A stretch of 64,000 nucleotides of DNA from the human T2T-CHM13v2.0 reference genome, Homo sapiens, in assembly GCF_009914755.1 (NCBI RefSeq), contig NC_060928.1, one strand, 5' to 3'. Shown piece after piece: positions 15,981-31,070 of this stretch. Position numbers and translations under genes: made by a program. Under the pieces are notes generated by a model. That model saw only the letters and a list, made by a program, of their open reading frames with translations. It had not been told where the DNA came from and did not search any database. How positions within the stretch are numbered: position 1 is the stretch's first letter; every line of letters starts with the position of its first letter.

Positions 15981-17149
15981 GACCAAACTCGCCCATGCAA
16001 ATTGAATTGCAGTGCCATACTAGCAAAGTTTGTTTCAAGTTATGATGCCTTAAGTTGATGAGGGTGGGATGAGACAGGCTGACCATTGAAAGGAACACAA
16101 ATTAATAGAATATTTTTGGAGAGCAGTTCAGTAAAATTATTCCTGTCTTTCAAATGTGCATAGTCTTTGTCCTGGTTATTCCATTTGTAATAATCTCTCC
16201 TAATCTATTAATCCTAAATACAAGGTTTATGTTAAAACACATTTACCAAGACATTTGATTGGCAAACATGGAGATAATGTCAAAATTAGGGGAATAATTA
16301 AATAATGGTTTACTAGTTGGGTAAGATGCAGATATTTTAAGATGAGGTTTACTCATAGTTTGTAATGACAGAGGTAACTCATGGCCACAAGTTAAAACAA
16401 AATAAAGTTGGAATCCTGTAGTAGACTGTTAGCACCAGAGAGTTTTTTGTGGTGTTAGATCAGGATCAAATCCCCACTATGCACCTACTTGCTGTGTACC
16501 TTTGCGGTAGTTGCTTAATCCTTATGAGCCTAGTATTTTTGCTCATAGGTTTGTTTTAAGGCTCCAATGAGATGACTAAATACAGGAGGTCTTGCCTATT
16601 CCAGACACTTGACAAACGTGTCCTGCCTCCTCTTGCTAATAACGCTGAACATGGGATGATGTGACACAGAGAAAGGGACAGGATCAAACATTACATATAG
16701 ACTGATTCTAAATTTAAAATACATGTTTGTCCACAAAAAGTTTGAAGGATAGAAGTAATTGTTTTAAACTTTCAATTGAAAGGAAGTGAAAGTGTTGGCT
16801 AACTGTATTTCCATAACAGTGTGGCTTCTGTCTTGGTAGGGACTGTGACAATCTTGTTCACAGGGTCCTTGTCCATAATCTTAACCGGTGGGAAATCTCA
16901 CACCAATCTTATTCCCTTAGAGACTGACGTATGAAAATCTTGTGATGTTCCACCCCAGATGGGAAATAGGGTTTGGTGTGATTTGGGGGTTGACAAAATG
17001 ACCCCCTCACAATCGCACCACCTGCAACCCTGGTAGTCAATGTGCATTGGCACCACCAGGGATGCAAAATGCAGATTCGCAGAGAGATTTGGGTTTGGTA
17101 GGTCTGGAATAAGGCTGGGAAGTGCGTGTGCGCGCGTGTGTGTGTGTTA

Positions 17150-17690
17150 CAGATAGTAAAGTTTATAGATCTTAAGTATAGAGCTCAGTGCATTTTTACA
17201 TAAGTACGTGTATAACCACCATTCAGGTCAAGATATTGACCATTTCCAATAACCCAAAAGCCTCCTTGATGCCCCTTCCCAGTCAATAACTCCCAGCCCC
17301 ACTCCAGGTAACATTATTCTAATTTCTGGCCCTACAGAGTAGTTGAGCCTGTTCTTGAGCTTCCTATAAATGGAATCACACAGCCGATACTCTTATGTCT
17401 GGATTCTCCTGCTCAATGTCATGTTTATGAGATGAATCATGTTGACTGTATTGGTAGTTCCTTCACTTTTATTGCCCAATATGGATAAATCACAATCTGT
17501 TTGCTCCTCCATTCTCCTGTTGATGGACGACTAGGTTGATTCCAGTTTGGGGCTATTGAACAGCGCCGCTCAAATGTTCCTAACCATATCTTTGGCTGGG
17601 CATAAATGCTCCATTCTCCTGTATATTCTTAGCCATGGAATTGATGGGTGCAGGATAGGCATATGTCTAATTCTAGTAGATGCTGCCAAA
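17150..17690 (-). mobile_element. Old L1 (L1M) 3' fragment
   Basis: ataaatggaatcac...tcctgttgatggac...ccagtttggggctatt, the reverse of the L1 3'UTR. Confidence 0.7.
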
Positions 17691-17711
17691 CAGTGGAAAT
17701 CCATATTTTTA

Positions 17712-18698
17712 AAATTGAAAATTATTTGTAATTGACACATAATAATTGTACATATTTATGGGACACATATTATATTTTGATACATGTAAACAAAGGTATA
17801 ATGTTCAAATCAGGGTAGTCAGCATATTCATCACCTCAAATATTTATTATGTCTTTATGCTGGAAACATTCAAAATTCTCTCATATTTGAAACCATTATG
17901 AAAACAAATTATCAACTACAGGGCCATAGAATGCTATAGCTTATTCCTCCCATGTAGACGTAATTTAGTAACAATTAACCAACCTCTCCCTATCCTCCTC
18001 TCCCCATCATCCTTCCCAGCTTCTAGTAGCTACAGTTCTACTCTTTACTTTTTTTTTCTTTTTTCTTTTTTTTTTTTTTTGAGATGGAGTCTCATTCTGT
18101 CACCCAGGCTGGAGTTCAGTGACGTGATCTCAGCCACTGCAACCTCTGCCTCCCAGGTTCAAACGATTCTCCTGCCTCAGCATTCTAAGTAGCTGGGACT
18201 ACGGGTGCGTGCCACCACGCCTGGCTAATTTTTTGTATTTTTAGTAGAGACGCGGTTTCATTGTTAGCCAGGATGGTCTCGATTTCCTGACCTCGTGATC
18301 TGCCAGCCTTGGCCTCCCAAAGTGCTGGGATTACAGGCATGAGCCACTGCACCCAACCTATTCCTTACTTTTATAGGCTCAACGTTTTTAGCTTCCACAT
18401 ACAAGTGAGAACATGTGGTATTTACCTTTCTGTGCCTGGCTTATTTCACTTACCATATGATCCAGTAATCCCACTACTGGGTATATATCCAAAGGAAAGG
18501 CAGGGAAATCCATTTCCCAAAGAGTTGTCTGCACTCCCATGTGTATTGCAGCACTATTCACAATAGCCAAGATATGGAATCAACCTGTGTCCATCAACAA
18601 ATGAGTGGATGAAGAAAGTGTACATACACCTCGGAATACAAATTTGACCACGAGAAAGAATACAATCCTGTCATTTGTGGCAATGTAGCTGAGCTGAA
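17712..18698 (-). mobile_element. L1 (L1MA-like) 3' insertion with 5' inversion; contains an AluS at about 18046-18358
   Basis: Orientation flips at about 18450; TSD GGAAATCC(A/G)TATTTTTA at 17695 and 18699. Confidence 0.8.
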
Positions 18699-19822
18699 GG
18701 AAATCCGTATTTTTATAAGTCGTTACAGATAGGGGTGGTCTTGGACCACACTTTGAGAAATGCTTCTTGGATAAAAGCCCCATTATATGGACAAATATAT
18801 TTCCTTTAGTCCTCAGTTCAAGTAGAGAAGGGCTTGTTTATACGGAGATACCAGCTAAGTGATTTGGGGAAGTGGGGAGAATGAGAAATCAACTGAGTGC
18901 CACCCATTAGCACCCCTTCGGAACAAATTATTGCAATTTACCTCTTTTGCCCAAGAGAAAGAAGCTGAGAACAGAGAAGCTTTGATAGGATTTGATAGGG
19001 AGAGTGAGGCGCCAGGCCACCGTGTCCAGTTAACCAAGCCTCCTCCCACCCTGGCCATGAGCTAGAATAATGCTCATGTATTTGCTGGTTAAAGGAGATG
19101 GCTTGGGGACCTGGGTTATCCCTGCAGGGAGCAACTATCTCCTCTGCTCATCTTAAACAAGATAATTGCAAAGCGGTTCCCTGCCAGCCCATCCTCTTAA
19201 CAAAGAAGGTGAGATAAAAGAGATGGCATTCCTCCTGCTGGGCCCAGCAGGCTTGACAACCAGTGCCAGTCATGGGGAAAATGTCCCTTTCAGCCAACTC
19301 GAGATCTTTCAAAACAGACCCAGGCAGTTTCTTTGAGGGCTGAAAGCCAGGAAACGGGTTCCTGTTGGCCGAGGCTTGGAAGGAGGGCCTGCCTGGTCCG
19401 TTGGCCCATACCAGGCTTCCTTAGCGCCTCTGCTAGGAGCCAGTTATCCTGCAGGCTGACTCAGCCTCTGCCCAGCCATGATCTGAAGCTGCTCTCTGCT
19501 GTTTTAAGCTGAGCACTGCAACCAGGGACCTCAGACACCAGAGACAATGCAGGCCTCCAGAAAGCAGGAGAAGGACTTCTAAATCAAGGCTGGCAGGAGG
19601 AATGGGAAATGGGCATTCAAGGACATGGCAGTATGCTATGCTCTGTACATCAGGACCTCATGGAAACCAGAAAGGTAGGATGATAATTCCTATCCATGCC
19701 AGGCTGGACCTCATGTCCCTCATCGGGCTCCCACAGCTGTGTGAGCATTCTTTACCAACGTGGCACTTCTGGAATCCCTTGTTTACCTTCTTCTCCACTG
19801 CTCTATAAATGTAGTGAAATTT

Positions 19823-19983
19823 CCAGGTGTGGTGGCTCATGTCTGTAGTCCCAGCACTTTGGGAGGCCGAGGTGGAAGGATCACTTGAGCCCAGGAGTTT
19901 GAGGCTGCAGTGAGCTATGATGGCACCACTGCACTTCAGCCCAGGTGACAGAGTGAGACCCTGTCTTTAAAAAATAAAATAAA
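19823..19983 (+). mobile_element. Alu monomer (FRAM-like)
   Basis: Single right-arm-type monomer with A tail. Confidence 0.75.
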
Positions 19984-20088
19984 TGCAGTGACACAAGACA
20001 ACCTATGTCTGTTTTATTCTCAAAGCTGCGTGTGTCCCCAAAGCCAAGTGAGGTGTCTGGGCCTAGTTAATGACCAATGAACATTGGC

Positions 20089-20870
<782 letters not shown>

Positions 20871-21326
20871 GTTGATTACATGAGTGAATAAATGATTGAG
20901 TGAATTTTGAATTATAACGAAGAAGCTAAATATCTCAGTCATGGTTTTTCTTCCTAAGAAAATTAATCTGTTAAGATCACAGAGTTGTAACAACAGCAAC
21001 AAAAACCTAGCTCTTTAAAAATAAAAAGGAACTCTTTTCTGAATTAGCAATGTCCGGAGAGATTTTTGGTTGTGACGACTGGGGCAGGGGGTACTACTGG
21101 CATCTAATGGGGGCCAGGGATGCCGCTGACACCCTGCAATGTACAGGACAGCCCCCACACAAAGAACTGTCCCACCTGAAATGTGAGTAGTTGGTTGTGC
21201 TGAGGTTGAGGAAGCCAACTCAAGGAAGTCACCTGCCGGAGGGATGCTGTTGACACTGCTTGCTACAGCAAAAGCTGCTGCTGAGAATGTGCTCCAGTTG
21301 AAAGCAAAGACTGAAAAACTGAAAAG

Positions 21327-21812
<486 letters not shown>

Positions 21813-24560
21813 AAGAAGTTTTTTTAAGCCACTTAGAGAAGTTTTTACAAGTTACATGAGCAAAAGCTAAATAACTAGTACATCCATGTGCCATAAAGTG
21901 AAGAAACGGATGAGGTCTCTATGGGACATGTCAGCTAAACCCAAGAATGTGTTTGTTTCTTGTGGCTGAGACAGTGATCAAGGCAGCTTTCCTCCCAGGG
22001 CAAAGACTGTGGTTTGTTTGCGGCCATTTAATTTGGCAAAACCTGAGTTTTGATGAATACTTTGCAATCTTCAAATAATATTCATTTTGTTTCCAAATCC
22101 AATGAACTAGAGGCTGTAATTGAAAGAAGAAGAAAGGGAGGGAGGTAGGACAGAGAAAGGAATAGAAAGAGGGAGGGCAGGAAGGCAGCCATGAAAGAAG
22201 GCGTAATTGTCAAAAATCCAAGTTATTTGAGGCATACTGCTTGACCTGACTTTATGCAGTACAAACAAAATCAGGGTAAGCTAGAATTCAGAAGACAATG
22301 GTACCACTGTGTTTCTCTCTGGAGCGTTCTCAGAAGTGTGACCTTTTCTAATCCCAAACTGCTTAAAAAATGATGTCTCCTTGGGGTGCCATTTAGATTA
22401 ATCTGTGATGGGACCAGAAGCGAGCTAAGCTGATGATTCTAATTCAATTGCCAGTGAAATGGTGTCTGTCTCCATCTGTAAACGTCCTCATCCTGCTCTC
22501 AATGGGGCCACATTGACGGCTGCAGCCAGCATTATCCCTTACAATCCTTTTAATTTTTTGGCTGCATGATGTGATCTTCTGTGAAGGCAGCACTAGTTCA
22601 AACGAAGTATTTCTTATACAAGAGCACGAGCCCTCAGTTACGTTCTTAAGAACTCATTCCTTGCCTGTGTGCCTAAACCACCCTAGCTAATAAACTCCCC
22701 TCAAATGTGGCTTTCCTCATCTCACCAGCCTGGTGGCATATGCTGGGGTGGGGGCGTGTCATGCCATTTTATGCATGGGGGTTCAGGGTCTGTGATTACC
22801 TTGTCCAAGGTTAATCAGTGGGTGAGAAGCAGGTGCAGGACCCCAGGCTATTCTGTTCACAAGGGTAGTGCTTTTTTCATCAGACAACACACATCTCTAT
22901 GGCAGTGTCCAAATGGTGCCTAACGTAGAAGGTGGGCCCCGAAAGTGCACTTCAGTTTATACTGGCCACTCAGCCCGCATCTGCTTGCAGCAAGCTTAAA
23001 TGTGTCTGACTGCGGCCATCTTGGCTCCCTCAAGGCCACCAAAGCAAGTCCTGTGGTTGCTTCCTTTTGCTATTGCGAAGCCCCTTCAGAGTCTACTTTG
23101 TCCTACTGCAGTAGCAGTGAGGCCCGTCCATCAGGGATGCTGGGCTATGAACCGGGCTTCTTGTCTTGCAGCCACTTCCATCATCCCAGGGATACAAGTT
23201 ACTCCAAACCTAGCTTCCCTGCAATTCCATTTCCCACACCAAAACATGGAAAGGATAATGCTGACATCCCACCAGGGCCTGTGGGGACAACCGATTTTGT
23301 TGTGTGACTGAACAGCTTTGCCATCTTCAAGTCCCTATGAAGGCACAAACCCTGATAGCCATTTATATGTAAGACACTAGTATGATGAGCAAGGAGGTTT
23401 TTATCCTACTTAAAAAAAATAAATAGGGGAGTGGAAGAGTGGAATGGTCATTGTACCAGATCAGGTTATAATCGCAAAATGCTGCAACAGAATCTAAGTG
23501 AAAAGACCCAGTTTAGGGTCCCTGGGGCTAGCCTGGCTCATGGGACAAGAAAACGTGCGTCCTTGGCATAGGGTATCTAATGTCTTGGGACGTCTCTGGA
23601 ATGTTTCATCTAAGATTCTTTTTTCCTTTTAAAATTAATTAGCTGATTAAGAATTAATCACATGAACTATTAATTTGTATTGCTATTTATTAAAATATTA
23701 ATATTTACATAATTTATTGATATAATATTCAATTGTTTGATAGGTAATTAATACATTCCGACTCACCCAGCAAGAACATTTTTGTGGTGACAAGGTAAAG
23801 AGTAGGATGACAATTGGATGACCCAAAACTTAGACCTCAGTAAGTGAAAAACGTGTTGTTATCAATGCTCCTAACTTGTATCATTATCTAACAAGATTTT
23901 CCAGGCAGTGGCAGCTTTAGAATCCTATCTTCTCTCAGTTTCCTTTTCCTAGTAGCTGCCAGTTAGGATGCCAACCATCCCTGATTTTATGTAGGATGAT
24001 GATAGCCAGGGGCAAATGAGGAAGACTCACAGAAATCTAGGACTAAATATAAGAATTTTAAAAATGGGAGATTTTTATGGTAAAGAATGTGAGGTTTGTA
24101 GTTTTTTAATCTCCACAGGAGAAATGAACAAATGATTCCATGTAAGAACACTGGAAGATACTAAATTCCACCTTGATATTTTCCAGGAATGTCAGTCACA
24201 TCCTCAGTCTTGGTTGACTTCCTGAAAGTGTCCTCTCCAGTCTTGAGGGACCTCCTGCTCCAGGAAGCCTGCCCTGATGTCCCAGCCAGAGATGGTCCTC
24301 TGAATTTCCCCTGGCCTTCACCTGGCTTCTCTGGGAGCACAGTCACAATTCATTGTATATTATCACTAATTGGATACTTATTTCATGTCCTGTGTTCACA
24401 GTGGTAACTAGCATGTATACATTACTTATAGTTTGATAACAGCCTTTCTTTCACATCTACTAAAACAATGATAATTCCTAATATTAATTATATTTGCTGT
24501 GGGTCAAGTATTCATTTAGGGCTTTACTTGGAGTATTTCATGTAATCCCCACGCAGCCCT

Positions 24561-24749
24561 GTATCTCTACTAAAAAGAGGAAAAATTAGCTAGGTATGGT
24601 GGCACCACCTGTAGTTCCAGCTACTCAGGAAGCTGAGGCAGGAGAATTGCTTGAACCTGGGAGGCGGAGGTTGCAGTGAGCCGAGATTGTGCCACCACAC
24701 TCCAGCCTGGCTGACAGAGAGATTCCGTCTAAACAAACAAACAAAAAAA
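24561..24749 (+). mobile_element. 5'-truncated Alu
   Basis: Mid A-rich linker plus right arm. Confidence 0.8.
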
Positions 24750-25619
24750 GCTTTGCTACTCTAAGCACTAACCGCTTCCTCCTCCACCTTCCCTTCTCAG
24801 CTTTCCTTCCCAGAATGCAGATGCTATCCTGGAGGGCGAGCTGCCCAAATGGGATGTGGAGGCAGCAGCATGACGACAAAAGATGCAATCTGAAGCTGGT
24901 GGAGCCACAGGACGGGAGCTGGACAGTGAGGGTTTCATGGAGGCCGTGCACAGGACTGCCCCCATCTGCAGGGACACTGTGGTTATTCAGTCTTGCTGTG
25001 CACCTAAGGGCAGTTGCCAAGCGGTGGCAGCTACAAAGCTGGGGAGGGGCTCTGTGAACCAGGGCCTCCTATGGCTCCTGTTGGGTTTGGGCCAATGGGA
25101 GGCTCCAAGATACACCTCAGCCTCGCACTCTTGGCTCCCATTCTTGGTGGGTACAGGTTCCCCCCGCCTTGTGTCTGCAGGCCTAGCACTGGGAACGACT
25201 TCCTTCTGAGCTACTTTCTGAGTGCTTCCACCCCTTCCTGGCTTCCTTAATCCTACCTGCGCCTCTCCAAAGGGTCCCTTCATTCAATTATCTTCAGTTT
25301 AACCCTTTGAGCTGCCATCCATTTGCTGCACACAGGGACAGGTGGCTCACTGCTTCACAGGCAGCAACCATACAACTGTGGCTTGTCTTCCTACGTCTTC
25401 TGCATCTGAAATAACAAAGAACTTCCATCAGGGCTCAGTGTCAGGCAGAATTAATTTCAAGTCTCTATTTTATTTACTTCCTGCAGGAGTTCAATCATTT
25501 GCCCAAAATTACCCAGCTGGTAATTGTCCGTTTCATTGTCTGCTACATGGGGATATAACGTCTACTCCTCATAGAACTATTGTGAGAATAAAGTGGAATA
25601 ACAATGTATGCAACATGGA

Positions 25620-25945
25620 CAGATTTTGTTAAAAAAAAAAAACACACACAGGATGCCCAGTTAAATTTAAATTTCAGATCAACAATGCTTTTAGTATGTC
25701 TGTGCAATATTTGGGATATACTTGTACTAAAAAATTATTTATCTGATATTGATATGTAACTGGATGGCCTGTATTTTATTACTTTATTTACTTATTTATT
25801 TTTGAGATGGAGGATCTCACTCATGTTGCCCAGGCTGGTCTCAAACTCCTGGGCTCAAGCGATCCTCCCACGTAGTTGAGATTACAGGTGTGTGCCGCTG
25901 TGTGCCGCTGCACCCAGCCTATCCTGTATTTTATCAGGTGAACCT
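25620..25945. mobile_element. MER53-like hAT MITE with an antisense Alu monomer (about 25775-25920)
   Basis: caggatgcccagttaaatttaaatttcagat...tatttgggatatactt; FLAM-like sequence. Confidence 0.6.
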
Positions 25946-28900
25946 AAATATCTGTGAAGTGCATAGCACATCGTCTGCACATTACTTAGCCTCTAGTGAA
26001 TAGTAGAAGCTAATATTATTATAATTTGTAATTCCCATATTACTAACCCCTAACCTAAAACAATACCTGACATAATGCTCAAAAAAACAGCAAAAATGAA
26101 TAAAGAAATGAACAAATGGAGAAACTGAAAACCACAGAGGCATTTTGTCTGCAGCGAAAGATGCCCAGCTGACAATGGCAGAGGAGAGTCTGGAATTTAA
26201 ATGTCCTTGATTCGAGCCCAGTGTTCCTTCCTCCAAATCGCATTGGGAACAAAGTGAAAGGAACTGCCAGAAGAGGCAGGTGACCAAGACATGGCAGCGA
26301 GTAGATCCCCAAAGTTGCTGAAAAAACCTTTTATCTTTTACCCATCAAAATAATTATGTCCTTATTTTTAAATCAGTTTAGATTACAGACTGGGACTGAA
26401 GCTTCCTATCAAAGACATTTGCAGTTTTGTATCAGTCTCAGCAATTTCATGTCCATCTCAGCAATCAAACATTTCTCCATTTTGTTTTTGCTGCAGTGTA
26501 ACTGCATTGAGAAAATCTTGGTTTGGGCAGATGAGCACTTGCAATTGATAAAGTATTTTTAAAAATTCACCTTGCAATCCAAGGATACTGTTAATAGAGA
26601 TGTCAGGAAAAATTATATTCCCAGATCTTTTCCAAAGCAACTCAAGCTTAGCAAGGCAAATTAACGTGTCAAGGATGTATTATATTAGAATTTGGTTCTT
26701 GAAGAGTGGGCTGGCTCTCTTCTCTTCCCTGGAGCAATGGAGTCATGGCTGGGCCTGGGGCCACCTAACCAGGGGCTGCCAGCCTCCTATTCCAGCCACC
26801 TGCCCCTCCAAGGTAGATATGCTCACCTGACTAACAGTTCCTCCTAAAATGGGAGTGGACATGGCGGGGGTGTGGCCCTGAAGACTGCACGTGTGCCTCT
26901 GCCACACTTTCTGCCTCTTCTCAAATCAAAATGTAGATGCAACTCAGCCTCAGCCTGGCAAACAAGACAGATGATGGGAAAGCATGAGGACAGACACACC
27001 CCAGGACCTGGAATATTCATTTGGAACTGCAAGTTCCGTGAGCCTAGTGGGTTCTTAACAGTTAAATGATGTCTCTGTCGAGATTGGTGGTAACCTGTAG
27101 AAATGTGATTTTTAAAAATACTTTCCAAAATTTGTCCACATTTGAAAGATTAGCATAACTCAATGAATCACTTTTTTTCAAATAATCAAATAATGGCACA
27201 AAATTGTGCACAGATAAAAGTTGTGTTCCAAGTGGATTTTGACAGGGGGGCTAAAGATTCATTGATAGGGTTTCAGATTTCACACTGCATGAACCTTTAA
27301 GAAATTTTCACTTGTTGGATTTTGGTATAGTGCCAAGGATAAAAATCCAGTTCTCTGAAAACGCTATTCAAGTTCTTATTCCTTTTCCAACTGTGAATCT
27401 GTGGGAGACCATTTTCTTTATGTATTTCCAAAAAAAAAAAAAATGTATTTCACACATTGAATGGAGAAGGCAGACGTGATTTTCCAAAATGTAAAACAAT
27501 GTTACTCTTCTACTAGTGTTTTGAAAAAGATTTTTCTTTAAAGTTTGCTATGATAACATGTAATGGGTTTGTAATTGGTAGAGACATTAATAAATGTTTA
27601 AAATTTTTTGTCTTTCCATTTTTGGAAAGATACATAACCAAAAGCTCTTTGGGGGTCTTCAATAATTTCCTAGTGTCAAGAGCACCACATTGTACTGGTT
27701 TACAGCACAAAGGGGCCCCCAGCTCTCAGAGGTCCAGATACGACACATGAGGTTCTAACAGGCTCAGGGTCAAACACTGGCCTAAGGTTGAACCCAAGAG
27801 ATCCTTTTGCTAACACAGTAATCATTTGAAGAAAAATTGTTATGCTAAACAATGTCAGTTTGGTGATCAATACATTTTTGTTAATGCAGTGATCAGCTGT
27901 AAATGTGAAAACTCTGCAGCAGGGATTCGATTCCACCATATCCTGTCAGTCTGCACAGGCATACACACACACACACACACATTCACTTCTCAAAAACTGA
28001 TCCAATTGTTCAAATGCATGTTATCTACATGATCATTTCAAAAGGGCAGTGCCCTAATGGAAGCAGACTTTGTTCTACATCCCCAAGAAGCTCTTAGGAT
28101 CTAAGTCTTCTAGTTGAGCTTCTTCTAACCAAAAGGTCGGTGTGTCAGAGCTGGAAACAGAAGCCAACATCCCTTAAGTCTGGCTTTCTTCTCACTACAC
28201 TGCTTCCTCTAGGGCGAGTGCCAGGTCTGCAAGTCTCTAAGCTGACCAATGAGCATGACAGGAGATGCCTGCACCCTCCCCTCCCCTCTCCATCCACAGG
28301 TGTTGATCCTTGCTGGTCATTGCTAATTAATCTCAGATCAATGTCTTGTTCCACTGCAGCCCGAGGTCTTGGAATCCTGAACAGTGTTCCAGGTAGCCAA
28401 AGCTGGTCTGCAGAATGAAGCTGATGTGCACAAAGATATTCTGCCTTCAACGGAGGTGTGAGGATCAGCTCCGTCTGGGTCATGCCTGGAGTCCAGCTTC
28501 TCTCCTCTCCCAAAATGACTCCGATTTGGTGCTCAACCTTGTGATCACAGATTGCCAATAAACGATTAGCTTGAAAATGCTGCCTGCATTCTTCTCTCTC
28601 CAGGGATAAAAGGTGGCTTGAGTTTTCTCCTTTAAAGTGTACTTGTGAATATAAAGATCTTCCTCCCTGAAACTGATGCAGATCCTGGGTAGAGATTTTT
28701 TTAAGCCTTTAATTTCATTGCATGAAGGAACAAGAGGTACCTCCCTTCTGCCATGGATCTTCTAAGCCTCAGGGCCTTGTTTGTACCTTGAGTCTGTGGC
28801 TTTTTTTCAAAAATGGAGCCACACTATCTGCATTATTCTGTAACTTAGTTTTTAATCACATATTTTGAAAACTTTCCCATGTATGGACATAATATCCATG

Positions 28901-29938
28901 AAAAAAATTTAACCTGTACTAAAGATAAAAAAATTTAACCTGTATTAAAGACAAATTATGTCAGGTGTTAAACAAACACACCCTTTGGTCTAGTACATGT
29001 TGAAAGTTTTTGTGCCATTTGTCTTTTTTGATTTTGGGACTGGTGGTTTTTCCCTCTTCAACAGATTTTAAAAATACATAGTCAAATATATCACTTCTAT
29101 TCTCTACCATTTTTGTCATTCTTAGAAACACTAGCGTTTGTGTGACTAAATTCAGTATTTTCTTGCCCTCTTACGGTTTTTGCTGCAAAGACAAGGTAAG
29201 CAAGACTATTTTTGTCACCCAGTTTTATCATCACCATTTACTGAATGGTTCACCATTCCCATTGATGTGAAAAGTACCTTCTTCCTAACCCAAAATACAC
29301 ATAGGAACAAAGTCATTTGTGGACTTTTAATTATTAAGAGGCAGCCCCAGCTTCAGATGTTAGAGACTAACATTTTATCCCCTGACTTTTCTAAGAAGCA
29401 GTATCCTTAGACTCTTCGAAGACTTTTTTTTTAATTGGGATTGCACATTTAGACAACTTTACAATTGTTACAAAAGTACAAAAGGCAGTTTCAAAGAACA
29501 GTGCCTTTCACTTTGCAATGAATTTGGATGTTTGGGAATTTGATTTTTAACATCTAAATGCATGCTATTCCTTACCTGAAAGCTATACAGGCTGCTAAGA
29601 ATTTGAGAAGTAGATGGGATGCAGACATCATCTGGTCCAGTGTTTTCAGTTGACAAAGAAACTTAGGCTCAGAGAAGGGCAGGGATGTGACCCAGGTCAG
29701 AGGGTGATCTGGCGGTATGGTTGGGAGCAGGAACCGAGGGTTCCAGCCCCTTCTCTGGGGCTTCCCTTCCACCACATGATGGATCTGACAATCCTGTGTT
29801 CCAAACATTTCCTGCCTGAGGCTGCAGACTGGTAAGACCTCTAAAGCCATGAAAATCCCACAAACGTTCCTCCCCACCCAGCCGCCCCACACACCCCCAT
29901 CACACAAAGTCAGTGACCCACAGTGAAGAGAAAAGATA

Positions 29939-29944
29939 TTTAAT
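29939..29944 (-). terminator. Distal poly(A) signal ATTAAA of WDR1
   Basis: ATTAAA followed by TCTTTTCTCTTCA and GU-rich ACTTTGTGTGATGGGGGTGTGTG. Confidence 0.75.
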
Positions 29945-30750
29945 TATTTCTCAGGCTAATCTCTTAAAGCGCTCAAAGTGTTTTCACAAGTGCAAGGGGA
30001 GGGATTGTTCTCAGCCAACATTTACCAGTGATTCCGACACACGCAAAAACACTCCCAATCACGGTGCTTTATACTTACTTTTAATTTCTGCACTGAAAAA
30101 GAAAAGGAAGGTAAAAACAATGACAGATTAGTTTACAGTGACTTCATCTTTGTCCTTAAATTAACCTTTGCTCTTGAGAGCAGAAGAGGGAAAGACAGGG
30201 GAACATCAAAGCATGATGGTGAAACGGTGACCAGGACACCTCGGTCTGGCTAACAAGGGTTCTAAAAACTTGGACACGGTGCCGTCAACGCACTAGTTTG
30301 TAAACACTGACAGGCAACAGTTAAGATACATTAAAAAAAAAAGGAAAGATACCCACAATTCCATTCTTAAAATCAAGCACAAAATCTGACAATGAAACAT
30401 ATCCAGGGGTTGTGTGTCCCCATCTGATCTGGAGGTGGCGCTCTGAAGGCAGCCACAAGGTGTGAGTCACACACTAGGGAGACAGACATCTGTTCAACAC
30501 AGAATTCCGGCTTTGCTGAACTGCAATGCATATTCCCTCTTCTCACTAGTACAGAAATGTTCTGCAGGCAGGAACATGAGCCCCCCGGCTCATTCACCTG
30601 TACAACCTCCCCTGACAGATAGTGAGAGCCGCGGCGGGGCCAGGGGCTCTGTGTGCTTTGGAGGCTACTGCCTCTGGAATGTTTCGCATTCTCAAGGTTT
30701 GGTTGGGCTGTGGGTTTTAGTTATGCTCCACACATTGTTTAGGTGCTCGC

Positions 30751-30756
30751 TTTATT
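30751..30756 (-). terminator. Candidate proximal poly(A) signal AATAAA in the WDR1 3'UTR
   Basis: Canonical hexamer about 210 nt after the stop, upstream TGTA, downstream CA then TGTGTGG. Confidence 0.55.
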
Positions 30757-30963
30757 TTTCATGTGCAAACTGTTACTGTCTAAAGCTTTCAGAAGAACGT
30801 GTACAGACACCCTGCAGAGACGAGGGTCATGACTGGGCCCTCCTGCCTCTTGTGGTGGGGTGGGGGCATGGGGGCGCGTCACAGAAATAGAGAAATGACA
30901 TGTTCCGCTGCAGTTAAACTCTAGTCCCTGATTCGGTCCATCCAGAGGCGGGGGTGGGGCTCC

Positions 30964-31070
30964 TCAGTAGGTGATTGTCCACTCCTTGACAGAGGCATCA
31001 TGGGAGGTCGTGACCAGCGTGTGCTCGTCCAGCCAGGCCAGGCTGCTGACATGGTGCAGCCGGTGTGCAT
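30964..31070 (-). CDS. WDR1: WDR1 last coding exon 15 (107 bp including TGA)
   Basis: CAG acceptor; (D)[34 protein letters not shown]. Confidence 0.97.

Larger units (their letters stand above)
29920..30963 (-). other. WDR1: WDR1 3'UTR (about 1 kb; 3' end approximate)
   Basis: Runs from the TGA to the ATTAAA signal, followed by a GU-rich downstream element. Confidence 0.8.
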
